Below, piece after piece: positions 48,387 to 59,552 of a stretch of 64,000 bases of DNA. Numbering within the stretch: position 1 is the stretch's first letter; every line of letters starts with the position of its first letter. The stretch spans positions 128,001 through 192,000 of the forward strand of contig JBGPIA010000004.1 of assembly GCA_041484665.1 (NCBI GenBank). The letters are read 5' to 3'. The notes below the pieces were generated by a model, which had not been told where the DNA came from, did no database searches, and saw only the letters and a list, made by a program, of their open reading frames with translations. This stretch comes from Candidatus Krumholzibacteriia bacterium. Its GTDB lineage: Bacteria; Krumholzibacteriota; Krumholzibacteriia; JAJRXK01. A program made the position numbers and the translations under genes.

Positions 48387-48807
48387 GACCAACTCCGGGG
48401 GAAGAGCGGGAGGGGGAGGCGGGCGGAGCGACGAGGTCGCGGGGCTCCGCTGCCGCGCCCAAAGCGAGCGGGCGGCGCGGCGAGCGCCTGGGACTCTACG
48501 CATGCCGGGGGGTCCGATCAACCGGCAGGTCGCAGGCCCGGCCGCGCGCGGCCGGCGCTTGGTTGGCGTCCGGCCGGTGTTCTGGTGGTGTCCGGCCGAG
48601 CTGCGGGTGGCGATCGGAGCACGAGAAGCCGGCGCCGCGGCTTGCCGTGACCCTCGCGCCCGCGGACGAGTTGGCTACCTTCCAGGGTGCAAACCTGGGG
48701 ACCGCCTGGAGCCTTGAGCACCACGCCCCCCTTGCGCACCGACGCCCGCCGTCCCGTCCGGGCGGCGGCGTGGAGCGTCGCGCTGTGACCGGGAGGAGAA
48801 ACGAGCC

Positions 48808-49902
48808 ATGACCGCAGGCCGCACGCCGCCCGACCCGCAACTGCGCCGCAAGCTGACGCCGCTGCAGTTCGAGGTCACCCAGCACGAAGCCACCGAGCCG
48901 CCCTTTCGCAACGAGTTCTGGAACCACACGCAGCACGGCATCTACGTGGACGTGGTCTCGGGCGAGCCCCTGTTCTCGTCGCTGGACAAGTTCGACTCGA
49001 AGACGGGGTGGCCGAGCTTCACGCGCCCGCTCGTGCTCGAAAATGTCGTGCAGCGCGAGGACCGCCGGCTCTGGATGAGCCGCACCGAAGCGCGCAGCAA
49101 GCGTGCGGACTCGCACCTGGGGCATGTCTTCGACGACGGCCCGCAGCCCACGGGGCAGCGCTATTGCATCAACTCCGCGGCGCTGCGCTTCGTCTCCGCC
49201 GAGCAACTGGAGGAGGAGGGTTTCGGTCAGTTCCGCGCCGCGTTCGAGGCGGCGGGAGTCCTGCCCTTGCGCGGGCAGTCCGGCGCGCCTTCTGGGGGGG
49301 GATCCGCTGCGAAGCCGTCCGAGCCGTCCAGCCAGATGTCCAGCCAGACGCCAGCCCCGACGTCCGCCCCGACGTCCGCCCCGACGCCCACCCAGACGTC
49401 CCGCACGGCATCGGCCCAGCGTGCGACGGCGACGCTTGCCGGCGGCTGCTTCTGGGGGGTGGAGCAGCTCTTCCGGGAGCTGCCCGGGGTACTCGACACG
49501 CAGGTGGGCTACACCGGCGGCCACACGCAGAACCCGACCTACGAGCAGGTGTGCCGCGGCGACACCGGCCACGCCGAGGCCCTCCAGATCGTGTTCGATC
49601 CGGCGCGGGTCTCGTTCGCGGAGATCGTGCAGTACTTCTTCCGCCTGCACGATCCGACCACGCTCAACCGGCAGCACAACGACGTGGGTCCTCAGTACCG
49701 GTCAGCGATTTTCTTCCACGACGACGAGCAGCGGAAGATCGCCGAGGGCGTGCGCACGGAGGTGGACCGCTCGGGCGCGTGGAAGCGTCCGGTCGTTACA
49801 CAGATCGCGCCCGCCAGCCGATTCTGGGTGGCCGAGGCCTACCACCAGGACTACCTGGTCAAGAATCCCAACGGCTACAACTGCCACTTCCTGCGCGATT
49901 GA
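48808..49902 (+). CDS. msrAB: Methionine sulfoxide reductase MsrB-MsrA fusion
   Basis: GWPSF, HLGHVF, RYCINS (MsrB); [14 protein letters not shown] (MsrA); RBS GGAGGAG. Confidence 0.95.
   Translation: MTAGRTPPDPQLRRKLTPLQFEVTQHEATEPPFRNEFWNHTQHGIYVDVVSGEPLFSSLDKFDSKTGWPSFTRPLVLENVVQREDRRLWMSRTEARSKRADSHLGHVFDDGPQPTGQRYCINSAALRFVSAEQLEEEGFGQFRAAFEAAGVLPLRGQSGAPSGGGSAAKPSEPSSQMSSQTPAPTSAPTSAPTPTQTSRTASAQRATATLAGGCFWGVEQLFRELPGVLDTQVGYTGGHTQNPTYEQVCRGDTGHAEALQIVFDPARVSFAEIVQYFFRLHDPTTLNRQHNDVGPQYRSAIFFHDDEQRKIAEGVRTEVDRSGAWKRPVVTQIAPASRFWVAEAYHQDYLVKNPNGYNCHFLRD
49325..49400 (+). repeat. Degenerate 12-bp tandem repeat encoding the MsrB-MsrA linker
   Basis: ccgacgtccgcc-type units give [24 protein letters not shown]. 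Confidence 0.65.
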
Positions 49903-49924
49903 GCAGCGGCTGGCCCGTGCGGGT

Positions 49925-50341
49925 CTACCTCGCCTTGAGAGCGCGCGCGGCCCGCACGTAATCCTTCGACTTGACCCAGAGCATCATGCCGTAGCGGCCA
50001 CCGCCGGCCGAGACGGCCTGCGCCGCGGTGATGCTGATCTTGCGGCCGGCGAGCTTCTGCACGTGGCGATCCACTGCGCCAACCACGTCGGTCCCCTGCA
50101 CCAGGAAGCCCTTCTTCGGCCGGCTCACGCGCCAGCCCTCACGGCGGGCCAGCCGGCGGATTGCGCTCTGATCCTCGGCCAGCAGGTCGAGCTGGGCGGC
50201 GCCCGTGCGGGCCGGGAATCCCGAAAAGCCGAGCAGGTTCACCCCGGCCTGCTTCACGGCGGCGAGCACCTTCGCGCCCTGTCCGGCGCGGCTGGGTATG
50301 GTCACGTAGCAGTAACGCACCTTGCGGACTCGGTCTGCCAT
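49925..50341 (-). CDS. Small protein with probable tandem ACT-like domains
   Basis: YVTIPSRAGQGAKVL...GVNLL and GTDVVGAV...LA..KISI patterns; RBS GAGGAGG. Confidence 0.7.
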   Translation of the reverse strand: MADRVRKVRYCYVTIPSRAGQGAKVLAAVKQAGVNLLGFSGFPARTGAAQLDLLAEDQSAIRRLARREGWRVSRPKKGFLVQGTDVVGAVDRHVQKLAGRKISITAAQAVSAGGGRYGMMLWVKSKDYVRAARALKAR

Positions 50342-50747
50342 AGACGGCCTCCTCGTGTTGCTGGGCATCGGCCAAAGCACGGCGCAGGCTGGGCTGGATT
50401 CAGATCGTGGGCGGCGCGACGATGGAGCCAACACTCGATGCGGCCTGGTCCCCACGAGTTGGAATCTGGAGCGAGACGACAACCCGCGCTGGCAAGTGCC
50501 TGCGGCCGGCTGCAGTAGAGCAGACTCCCGTGCAATTGTCCATCGAGCGCCTGTCGCCCTGGAGCCACCATGGCGCACCGGCACGATCATCACACTTCCC
50601 ACGTGGCCGCCCGCGCGCGCGTCTGCCATGTTACACGCGAGCGGCCAGTCCGTCGCTGCTGGGGTCTCCCCAAACGAAATGGATGCGCGGGCGCGGGTGG
50701 ACTCGAGCGACGATTGACCCGGGCCGTGTGTGGAGGAGCGCTGGCGC

Positions 50748-53700
50748 CTAGGCCCCGGCCTTGCGCGGCCCGTACGGAGGAGCGCTCTGCCATCCGGGGT
50801 CGCTCCCACCGCCGGCGCCTCCCGCCGCACCAGCGGCGGTGAGCCCCGTGCCCAAGGCGTAGGCGGCCAGTCCCGCGGCGACGCCAGCGGGGATCGGCTC
50901 GCTGGCAGTCCGGGGCGCGTGCGCACGGATCTGCGTGAAGCGCGCCAGCAGCGAGTAGACCACGGGCACCAGCACCAGCGTCAGGAACGTCGAGAAGATC
51001 ATCCCGCCCACCACGGCGATCCCCAGCGGCTGGCGCGCCTCGCCGCCCGCGCCCAGACCCAGGGCGATGGGCAGCACGCCGAACACAGTCGCGAACGACG
51101 TCATCAGGATGGGCCGCAGCCGGATGATCCCCGCCTGGGCGATGGCCTCCAGCGTGGGCAGCCCGCGCCCGCGCAGCTGGTTGGCGTACTCCACGAGCAG
51201 GATTGCGTTCTTGGTGACGAGGCCGACCAGCATGATCAGCCCGATCTGCGAGTAGATGTTCAGGGTCTGGTGGAACAGCCAGAGTGATACCAGCGCTCCG
51301 ACCACGGCCAGCGGCACGGACAGCAGAATAGTGAATGGATGCACGAAGCTCTCGAATTGCGCCGCCAGCACCAGGAAGATAAACACCACGGCCAGCACGA
51401 ACATCAGGTACAGCTTGCCGCTGGAGTCGCGGTACTCGCGCGACTGCCCCGCGAGATCGTGGCGTACGCCCTGCGGCAGATCGCTGTGGGCGATCGCGTC
51501 GAGGTCGACCAGCGCCTTGCCCAGCGGCGCCCCCGGCGCCAGGTTCGCGGTGATCTTCGCGGAGCGGACGCGGTTGTAGTGGTTGAGCTCCTTGGGCGCC
51601 ACGCTCTCGTTCACCTTCACAACGTTGGCGAGCTGGACCAGCCCGCCGGTCCCCCGCAGGTAGATCCCCTCGATCACGTCGGGCGTCGCACGGTTGGAGG
51701 ACGTGACCTGGCCGATCACGTCATACTGCTTGGTGCCGCGCTTGAAGTCGCTCATGACGCGGCCGCCCAGCAGCGTCTCCAGCGTGGTGCCGATGTCGGT
51801 CACGGACACTCCCAGCTGCGCCGCGCGCTCGCGGTCGATTCCGATGTCCAGCTGCGGCTTGTTGAGGCGCAGGTCGCTATCGAGATTGATCAGGTAGCCG
51901 AGCTGGCTGGCCTTGGCCATCATTGCGCCGACGGCCTGGTTGAGGGTCTCGTAGCTATCGGCCTGCAGCACGTACTCCACCTGGCTCGACGAGAAGCTCC
52001 CTCCCAGGCTGGGCGGGTTGATCACGAACGCGAGCACGCCCGGAATCGAGATCAACTGCGGGAACAGGCTGGCAACGATCTCCTGCTGCGTCCGGTGCCG
52101 CTCGCTGCGCGGCTTGAGGCTCACGAACATGATGCCGTTGGTCACGCTGCCAGGGCCCCCGAAGCCGAGGCCGATCGCCGTAAACAGACCATTGCGCTCG
52201 GGCAAGGGCAGGATGCGCGACTCCACGGCGCGCATGTAGCGGTCGGTGTACTCCAGGGTCGCGCCTTCTGGCGCGAGCACGACCCCGAACGCCGTCCCGC
52301 GGTCCTCCACGGGCACCAGCTCGCGCGGCAGGCTCCGGAAAACCACAACGCTGATCGCGACCAGCACCAGCGCCGCCACGATGACCAGCGGGCGCATGCG
52401 CAGGGCGGAGCGCACCGTGGCCGCGTAGACGCGATCCAGCCGCGCGAAGAACGCATCGAACGAGCGCGCGGCCCAGCCCGTCCCTGCGCCGTGGAGCGGC
52501 CGCAGGAATCGCGAGCACATCATGGGTGACAGCGTCAGTGCCACGAAACCGGAGATGAGCACGGCAACGGCCACCATGATGCCGAACTCACCGAACAGCC
52601 GCCCTACGTTACCGGTGAGGAACGCCACGGGGATGAACACCGCGACCAGCGAGATCGTGGTGGCCACTACCGCGAAGCCGATCTCCTTGGCGCCATCGTA
52701 GGCGGCCTGCAGGCGCGGCTTGCCCATCTCCATGTGGCGGTAGATGTTCTCGAGCATCACGATGGCGTCGTCGACCACCAGGCCGATCGCCAGCACCAAC
52801 GCCAGCAAGGTGAGGATGTTGATGGTGTAGCCCAGGAAGTATCCCACCGCGAACGCCCCGAGCACGGACACCGGGATCGCGACGGCGGGGATGAGCGTGG
52901 CGCGGAGACTCTTCAGGAACGCCAGGATCACCAGCAGCACGAGCGCCACGGCAATGAGCAGCGTCTCGCGCACCTCCTTGATCGATTCCACGATGTAGCT
53001 CGAGGAATCGTACGCGACGTCCAGCTTCATACCCGGCGCCAGGGTCTCGCGCAGCTCGGGCAGGATCTTCTTCACCGCGCCGGCGACGTCCACCGTGCTG
53101 GCCTTGGCCTGCTTCACGATGCCCAGCCCCAATGCGGGCTGGCCGTTGTAGCGCGCGACGGTGCGCTCGTCCTCGGCTCCCACGCGTACGTCGGCCACGT
53201 CCTTGAGCTGGACGCGGTCGTTCGCCGACGCCGACACGATGATCGCCCCGAACTCCTCGGGGGTGGCGAGCTGGCCGCGCGTGCGCACGGAGAACTCGCG
53301 CTCGGTCCCCTCGACGCGCCCGCCGGGGATCTCGGCGTTGGCGGAGCGGATCGCCCGCTCGATGTCCTGCGTCGTGAGACCGTGGGAGGCCATGCGCAGC
53401 GGGTCCAGCCAGACGCGCATGGCGTAGCGGCGTTCGGCGCCGATGATCACCGAGCCGACCCCGGGCAGGCGCTGGATGCGCTCCTTGAGCACCTGCTCGG
53501 CGAGGTCGGTCAGCTCGAGGGGGCTATGCTGACTGCTGGAGAGCGCCAGCCAGAGGATGGCCTGTGCATTGGCGTCCACCTTGGACACCACCGGATCGTC
53601 GGACTCGCGCGGGAGCTGCCCGCGCACGCGCGATACGCGGTCGCGCACGTCGTTGGACGCCTCGTCCACCGCGCGGGAGAGCTCGAACTCGATGGTGATG

Positions 53701-53969
53701 ACCGAGCCCTGCTCGCGGCTGGAGGAAGTCATGGTCTTGACGCCCTCCAGCGTGGCAAACTGCTCTTCGAGCACGTCGGTGATCTCGGTCTCGACCACGC
53801 TGGCGCTGGCACCGCGGTAGAAGGTCGTCACCGAGACGATGGGCGGATCGATGTCTGGGTATTCGCGCACGGGCAGACGTCCCAGCGCGATCACTCCGAA
53901 CAGGATGATCACCAGGCTCATCACCGTGGCGAGTACGGGGCGCTGGATGCTCAGCTCGCTGAGCTTCAT
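50748..53969 (-). CDS. RND efflux permease (AcrB/D/F family)
   Basis: IQRPVLA, LPVREYP, GLVVDDAIVMLEN, KNAILLVE, RLRPILMT. Confidence 0.96.
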   Translation of the reverse strand: MKLSELSIQRPVLATVMSLVIILFGVIALGRLPVREYPDIDPPIVSVTTFYRGASASVVETEITDVLEEQFATLEGVKTMTSSSREQGSVITIEFELSRAVDEASNDVRDRVSRVRGQLPRESDDPVVSKVDANAQAILWLALSSSQHSPLELTDLAEQVLKERIQRLPGVGSVIIGAERRYAMRVWLDPLRMASHGLTTQDIERAIRSANAEIPGGRVEGTEREFSVRTRGQLATPEEFGAIIVSASANDRVQLKDVADVRVGAEDERTVARYNGQPALGLGIVKQAKASTVDVAGAVKKILPELRETLAPGMKLDVAYDSSSYIVESIKEVRETLLIAVALVLLVILAFLKSLRATLIPAVAIPVSVLGAFAVGYFLGYTINILTLLALVLAIGLVVDDAIVMLENIYRHMEMGKPRLQAAYDGAKEIGFAVVATTISLVAVFIPVAFLTGNVGRLFGEFGIMVAVAVLISGFVALTLSPMMCSRFLRPLHGAGTGWAARSFDAFFARLDRVYAATVRSALRMRPLVIVAALVLVAISVVVFRSLPRELVPVEDRGTAFGVVLAPEGATLEYTDRYMRAVESRILPLPERNGLFTAIGLGFGGPGSVTNGIMFVSLKPRSERHRTQQEIVASLFPQLISIPGVLAFVINPPSLGGSFSSSQVEYVLQADSYETLNQAVGAMMAKASQLGYLINLDSDLRLNKPQLDIGIDRERAAQLGVSVTDIGTTLETLLGGRVMSDFKRGTKQYDVIGQVTSSNRATPDVIEGIYLRGTGGLVQLANVVKVNESVAPKELNHYNRVRSAKITANLAPGAPLGKALVDLDAIAHSDLPQGVRHDLAGQSREYRDSSGKLYLMFVLAVVFIFLVLAAQFESFVHPFTILLSVPLAVVGALVSLWLFHQTLNIYSQIGLIMLVGLVTKNAILLVEYANQLRGRGLPTLEAIAQAGIIRLRPILMTSFATVFGVLPIALGLGAGGEARQPLGIAVVGGMIFSTFLTLVLVPVVYSLLARFTQIRAHAPRTASEPIPAGVAAGLAAYALGTGLTAAGAAGGAGGGSDPGWQSAPPYGPRKAGA

Positions 53970-55168
53970 CGGGCCGCCTCCCCGCTGTGGGGCTGGCCCT
54001 TTCCGTCGGCCGCCACCGTGCTGTCTTTGGCCGCCGCGCCCCCGGCGCCGGACGGCGCGCCGCCCGCCGGCTGGCTGGTCACCGGGATCACGTGGGCTCC
54101 CTCGAACAGCTTCTGGTGGCCGGCCCGCACCACGCGCATACCAGGTTGCAGCCCGCGCACGACCTCGACCGTGTCCGGCTGGCGCGTGCCGAGCGTGAGC
54201 GGTACGCGCATCACCGTGCTGTCGGGCTTCACGGCGAACACGAACGACTGGTCGCCCTGCACGAACACCGACTCGCTGGGAATGGTCAAGGCGGAGGCCC
54301 GCTCGCTCAGCACGGCCGCCACGTTCGCCGACATCCCGGGCCGCAGCACCTCACCCGGATTCTCCGCGCGCGCCATCACGCGCGCGCTACGCGTCGAGGC
54401 GTCCAGCACCGGCTCGACCACATCGATGCGCCCCTGGAGCTCGACCCCGGGGAAGGCCGTGGTCGTGACGGTCACCAGCGCGCCGCGCTTGAGCTTGGAC
54501 AGGAGCCGCTCGGGGGCGGAGAAGTTCACACGCAGCGTGCGGATCTGGGCCAGATCGGTGATGGCGGTTCCCGAGCGCACGAAGGCGCCGATGCTCACGT
54601 GCCGCGCGCCCAGAATGCCGTCGAACGGCGCCACGATGCGTGTCTTGGAGAGGCGCGCCCGCGCCAGATCCAGGTCGGCCTGCGCCACCTTGAGCGCGGC
54701 CGCCGCGTCGTCGAGATCCTGCGCCGCGCCGGCACCCTGCGCCACGATCGTCTTGGTGCGGTCGTAGGTGACCTGTCGCTGCGCCAGCAGCGCCTCGCTA
54801 CGGTCGACCTCCGCGCGCAGCTGCACGTCGTCCAGCTGCGCAAGCAACCCGCCGCGCTCGACGCGGCCTCCCTCTTGGAACGGCAGACCGACGATCGTTC
54901 CGTCGATCTCCGCGACCACCGTGATGGCCTCGCTGGCGTCGATCGTGCCGACCGCCTCGAAGCGATCGGCGACACGACCCTGCGTGACCTCGGCGATCTC
55001 CACCGGCATGGGAGGCATGGAGAAGCCACCCTTCTGCTGCTGCTTGGCACAGGCGCCTGCTGTGAGCGCCACCGCGAGCACCGCGGCCAGCGCCGCCCGC
55101 CTGCCGCAAAACGGCCGGCACGCGGCGGCTATGCGCGGGGTCTGGATCAGGGCTCGCGCGATCATCAC
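53966..55168 (-). CDS. RND membrane fusion protein
   Basis: Lipobox-like LTAGAC; IVAPFDG; LRPGM; ATGA overlap with the permease. Confidence 0.93.
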   Translation of the reverse strand: MMIARALIQTPRIAAACRPFCGRRAALAAVLAVALTAGACAKQQQKGGFSMPPMPVEIAEVTQGRVADRFEAVGTIDASEAITVVAEIDGTIVGLPFQEGGRVERGGLLAQLDDVQLRAEVDRSEALLAQRQVTYDRTKTIVAQGAGAAQDLDDAAAALKVAQADLDLARARLSKTRIVAPFDGILGARHVSIGAFVRSGTAITDLAQIRTLRVNFSAPERLLSKLKRGALVTVTTTAFPGVELQGRIDVVEPVLDASTRSARVMARAENPGEVLRPGMSANVAAVLSERASALTIPSESVFVQGDQSFVFAVKPDSTVMRVPLTLGTRQPDTVEVVRGLQPGMRVVRAGHQKLFEGAHVIPVTSQPAGGAPSGAGGAAAKDSTVAADGKGQPHSGEAAR

Positions 55169-56793
55169 TGGGCTGCCTCCCCGGGATAGGCGTTGTCGGT
55201 CAACTGGCGCAGGCGCGCCGCGGCCTTGGCCGACCGCACGAGGGCCTGGGAATAACGCTGCTGCGCGGCGGCCGCGTCGGCGCCCAGCCGCACCAGCTCG
55301 AACGCCGTCGTACGACCATTACGGTACTCGATGACGCCGATGCGCGCCCGTTCCAGCGCTGCGTCCGCCCCGTCGTGAGCGGCGGTGAGACGCTGGGTGC
55401 CGTGGAGGAGCTGGCGCTGGACGTCCCGGACGCGATCCTCCAGAGAACGGGCTGCAGCAGTGTAGTGTTGCTCGGCCCGCGCCACCTCCGCGCGCAGGCG
55501 GTCGCGCTCGCCGCCCCGGGCGCGCCGACTCAGCGGTACGGTCAGACTCAAGCCCGCGGTCCAGTTGGGGAAGTCGCGGCCGACGGCCTGGCGGAGGGCG
55601 TCGCCCAGACCGCCGGAGCGGGTGGATGTGAAGCTCTGGTTGCCGAAGGTGACCGTTTGCGGGTCGCCCACGAGCCCCGTCCCCCCCAACGAGCCGAAGA
55701 GATCCAGGTCGGGCCGCGCGTCCCAGGCCGCCGCCCGCTCCCGGGCCCTCGCCGCTGCCACCTCCCGATCCTTCGACTTGAGATCCTGGTTGCGGCGCTG
55801 CGCCCACGCCACCAGCGAATCGGGCGGGGCCACGGGGAACTCCCGTGGTGGGTCGTTGGTGGGGCGGAAGCGCAGGTGCCCGCTCCCCGGACGCTGCCCC
55901 AGGAGCGTGGCGAGGCGGTCGGAAGCGGCGTCCATCTGCTCCTCGCGGTCGAGCATGGCCTGCTCCTGCTCGGCCAGGAACACGCGCGCGCTGGCCACGT
56001 CGCCCGGCCCGACGAGCCCGGCCTGCGCGCGCAGCTGGACTGCCTGCAAGAACGCCTGCGCCTGGTCGCGCACCAGCTGCTGGACTGCGTAATCGCGCTC
56101 GGCCGCGTAGAGGTCCCAGTAGGCCCCCTCCACGTCGGCGGCCACGATCAGCACGGCATCCTGGTAGAGCGCCCGCGACGACTCGTAGCTGCGCTCGGCC
56201 GCGGTCAGCGGGCCGCGCGCCGACGGGCCGAAACCGGCCAAAAGCGGCTGTCGGATGTCCAGACGGGCCGCGCTGTCGTACTCGGGCACCAGCAGCGCGA
56301 AGGAGGAGTTCGTCACCGTGCGCACCGCCTCCAACGAGGCGGAGAGCTGCGTGCCGGTGCGCAGCCGGATCCGCGTCCCACCCGAAGCCATCCGCCCCTT
56401 GGTGGTCAGCACGTCCGCTCCGCCGAAGGGTGACGCCGTGGGCTGGTCGGTACTGCTGGTCTGCGCCTGGCCGAAGAGCTCCGGATCGAAGGTGCCACGT
56501 TCGGTGCGCAGGGTTCCCAGCGCAGAGGCCAGGTCGGCCTGCGCCTCGCGCGCCGCCGTGGATCCGCGCAGCGCCTGCTCCAAGGCCTGCTGCAGCGACA
56601 GTGGCGTACCCTGGATCTGGCCCAGCGCCTGCGCGAGCAGACTGTCCGGATTTGCTGCGCCCAGCAGGGGGGTGGCGTCCGCCCACGCGTCGACGTCGGG
56701 CGCCAGGAGCATGATTCCAGACAGAAAGACGCCGATGGCGCGGGCAAGCCGCGCCTGGCAGCGAAGCCGCAAGTGCGGTCCACGAACGAACAT
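55165..56793 (-). CDS. TolC-family outer membrane factor
   Basis: LSLQQALEQAL, VEGAYWDL, YRNGRTTAFEL; in operon with MFP and RND. Confidence 0.88.
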   Translation of the reverse strand: MFVRGPHLRLRCQARLARAIGVFLSGIMLLAPDVDAWADATPLLGAANPDSLLAQALGQIQGTPLSLQQALEQALRGSTAAREAQADLASALGTLRTERGTFDPELFGQAQTSSTDQPTASPFGGADVLTTKGRMASGGTRIRLRTGTQLSASLEAVRTVTNSSFALLVPEYDSAARLDIRQPLLAGFGPSARGPLTAAERSYESSRALYQDAVLIVAADVEGAYWDLYAAERDYAVQQLVRDQAQAFLQAVQLRAQAGLVGPGDVASARVFLAEQEQAMLDREEQMDAASDRLATLLGQRPGSGHLRFRPTNDPPREFPVAPPDSLVAWAQRRNQDLKSKDREVAAARARERAAAWDARPDLDLFGSLGGTGLVGDPQTVTFGNQSFTSTRSGGLGDALRQAVGRDFPNWTAGLSLTVPLSRRARGGERDRLRAEVARAEQHYTAAARSLEDRVRDVQRQLLHGTQRLTAAHDGADAALERARIGVIEYRNGRTTAFELVRLGADAAAAQQRYSQALVRSAKAAARLRQLTDNAYPGEAAQ

Positions 56794-57167
56794 CCGTCCA
56801 CCCTCCGGGTCGACATCAGGGAAGGAGAAAGATAACACGATCGCCCCCACATCACATCTGGGGATCTTGACGGCTCGGGGCCATCTGGCGCATCGGTTGA
56901 AGGACACCGGATGGAACGACCTCGTCGGCCGGCGCGTGCGCACGCTGCTGAACCAGGCACTGTCTGCGTGGCGTGGCGCTGGGTGGCGAAACGGGCGCGA
57001 TGACGCGGGCAGGCCGGTGGGGTCTGGCCGGCCCCCGTTGTGCTGCGGGCAGGGACCTCCCCCCTCGTGGGGAGGGTCGCCCTCCCGCGGCGGGCGGGGG
57101 AAGGCCGCTGGGGCGGCCGGTTCGCTGGCAGTCGCAACGTGGGGGCGGTCCCCCCCGCACGCGGCGG

Positions 57168-59552
57168 TTAGCTGCGGACCGGCTGCTCCACAAAGCGAAG
57201 GATCGCCCGGTACTGACTGCGCCCGTCGAGACCCGCCTCTTCCAGGACCATCTGCGCTTGGCCGCTGCCGAGGAAGTGCCCTTTCTGGAAGGGGTGCAAC
57301 GTTGCGGCACGACCGCGCTCGCCGGTGACCCAGCGCAGCATGGTCGGCAGGGTGAAGCCCGTGATTCCCATCGCGGCGCACGCTCGCTGTGGCGAATAGA
57401 TGCGCTCCTGCTCACGAGCCGGCAGTGCGTCGAACAGCTCCGCGCTGGCGACGTAGTAGACATCGAGATCCACACCGTCGGCCAGCAGCAGGGGCAGCGC
57501 CCGCTGCACGAACGCGTAGGCGACCTCGCTGCCCTGCAGCACGACGGTCCCGTCGGCGCGGCCGCGCACGGCGCGCAGTCGATACAGGCCCTGGGCCGCC
57601 GCCGGCGGCGGCGCCAGGCCCAGCTGCTCGCGGTCGAGCACGGGCTCGTTGGGCCGCGTCACGAACAGCGCGATGACGGCGGGGCGCTTCACCAGAGCCG
57701 CGCACAACAGCGGCCAGAGCTCCTGGGGATCCCACGGCGTGAGCGTGATGCACACGCCGGGCGGGAAGTTCTCCTGCAGGAGCTGCAGCGGCTGCGGATC
57801 GGCGTGGGTCGGTCCGTCCTCGCCTGTCTTCAGCCCGGCGTGCGCGCAAGCCAGGATCAGCGGCCGGAAGGGCTGCGGCGAGATCGCCAGGCGCGCCTGG
57901 CTGCCGATGCCGTGCAGGCGCGCCGCGATATGCGCCAGCGGCGCGAGGAACGCCGCGTACGACGACGCCAGTCCGATGTGGTGGCCGTAGCTCGACAACC
58001 CCGCCAGGAGGCCCGCCATGGCGTCCTCGCAGATTCCGCCCACGGAGAGCAAGCGCCCGCCCGGGTTGCCCGCCGCGTTCCAGTAGCCCTGCGGGAAGCC
58101 CTCGGCGCCGACGTTGACGCTCGTGGAACCGAGCAGGTCGGCGGATGCGATGAGGAATGCGCCGCCGCTTTCGCGATTGAGCCGCGCGATGGCGCGGCCG
58201 AGCTCCTGGCGCAGCGTGGTGGAGGCGCCGGGTTTCAGCGCCAGATCCGCGGGGATGCTGCTGCCTTCCGTGCGCGCCATGGCGTAGACTGCATCCACGT
58301 GGGGCGCCTGCGCGCGCGGGGCGCGCGCGTGGCGCGTGAGGCGTGTGCGGGCCTGCTCGAGGCGGTCCGCGAAGTAGTCGACCATTGGCCGGCGCGCTGC
58401 GAGCTCGTCGCGGATCACCTGCAACGCGTCCCAGAAGCACAGCTCCATCACCGTCGCGCCGCCCTCACCCTCGCATCGCTTGTGGTTCGGATCGCAGCAG
58501 GTGGGCAGCGTAGCCTGACGGCTCTCCACCAACGGTTGCAACGCCTCGTGGAACTCCGTCGAGCAGAGCTTGTGTCCCGCTCCGTGCGAGGCCTTTCCCT
58601 CGATGCCGTAGCGCCAGCCCTTCACGGTGCGGTACACGATGGCCGTCGGCTGGCCCGTCTCCAGAGCCAGCGCCCGGCGCTGCGCCGCGAGGATCTGCTG
58701 GAAGCTCATCCCCTGCTCCACGAGGATCACGTTCCAGTCGTGCAGATAGGCGAGCTCCGCGGGGTTCCACTGCACGTAGTCACCGGGCTTGCGGTCCTCG
58801 CGGCACACGCGATTGCTGTCGATGGAGGCCTGGTTCCAGTCGACGTGCAGCAGCGCGTTCGACAGGCTCGCGGTCCCGGCGGCAGCGAGCGCCTCGCTGA
58901 CGCGGCCCGGCGTGAGCCCACCCTCGCCCTCCACGATGTGCACACGTGGCGCGCCCTCGCCGTAGAAATCGCTTGCGCCCAAGGCCAGCCCCAACGAGGA
59001 CGCGACGCCCACGCCCGAGGCGCCGGTGGCGAGCTTCACGAACGGCGTGGCCGGCGTGGGGTGACCGTCGAGGGCCTTGGCGCGCAGCTGTGTGAACAAC
59101 GGCGTGCGCGCGACCGGATTGCGGCGGAAGCCCAGCAGGTCCTCCAGGCGTAGCTGCAGGCGCTCGTCCTCGGGCAACCGGTAGGGGGCGGCGATGCGCA
59201 CGATCTCGTTGCGGAGCGCCCACATGGCGTACAGCCCCATCGCCTTGTGCCCCGCCGCGTACGAGATCAGGTCGGCGTCAGCACGGTCCGGATCGCTGAA
59301 GTCGTAGTCGAGGACGTCGAAGAGGATGCCGGCGACGAAGCGGCCCGACGAGATGGAGCCGCCGGGATGCCCCGACATGGGAACGTAGTTGTAGAGCATC
59401 GTGCACAGCGACCGGTAGACGAGGTCGAGCTCCTCGTAGCAGGCGACCTCGTGCGCGCTGAGCGGACTCTGTGCGCCCAGCGGTCCCCCGTCGCCGATCT
59501 CACGCGCGATGTCGATGTATACGCCGCGCCGCGGCGCAAGCTGCAACGCCAT
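57168..59552 (-). CDS. Transketolase-like ThDP enzyme with atypical motifs
   Basis: SGHPGG, GHK, GHPT, GEGG..WN, SADL, GICE, GEDGPTH; RBS GGAGG. Confidence 0.85.
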   Translation of the reverse strand: MALQLAPRRGVYIDIAREIGDGGPLGAQSPLSAHEVACYEELDLVYRSLCTMLYNYVPMSGHPGGSISSGRFVAGILFDVLDYDFSDPDRADADLISYAAGHKAMGLYAMWALRNEIVRIAAPYRLPEDERLQLRLEDLLGFRRNPVARTPLFTQLRAKALDGHPTPATPFVKLATGASGVGVASSLGLALGASDFYGEGAPRVHIVEGEGGLTPGRVSEALAAAGTASLSNALLHVDWNQASIDSNRVCREDRKPGDYVQWNPAELAYLHDWNVILVEQGMSFQQILAAQRRALALETGQPTAIVYRTVKGWRYGIEGKASHGAGHKLCSTEFHEALQPLVESRQATLPTCCDPNHKRCEGEGGATVMELCFWDALQVIRDELAARRPMVDYFADRLEQARTRLTRHARAPRAQAPHVDAVYAMARTEGSSIPADLALKPGASTTLRQELGRAIARLNRESGGAFLIASADLLGSTSVNVGAEGFPQGYWNAAGNPGGRLLSVGGICEDAMAGLLAGLSSYGHHIGLASSYAAFLAPLAHIAARLHGIGSQARLAISPQPFRPLILACAHAGLKTGEDGPTHADPQPLQLLQENFPPGVCITLTPWDPQELWPLLCAALVKRPAVIALFVTRPNEPVLDREQLGLAPPPAAAQGLYRLRAVRGRADGTVVLQGSEVAYAFVQRALPLLLADGVDLDVYYVASAELFDALPAREQERIYSPQRACAAMGITGFTLPTMLRWVTGERGRAATLHPFQKGHFLGSGQAQMVLEEAGLDGRSQYRAILRFVEQPVRS

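Noticed and set aside
55165..57381. 738-aa extended TolC (and similar long N-terminal extensions of the transketolase, ferredoxin, AKR and ACT ORFs)
   Set aside because: Extensions have non-coding composition; internal starts with RBS or family-typical N-termini fit better.
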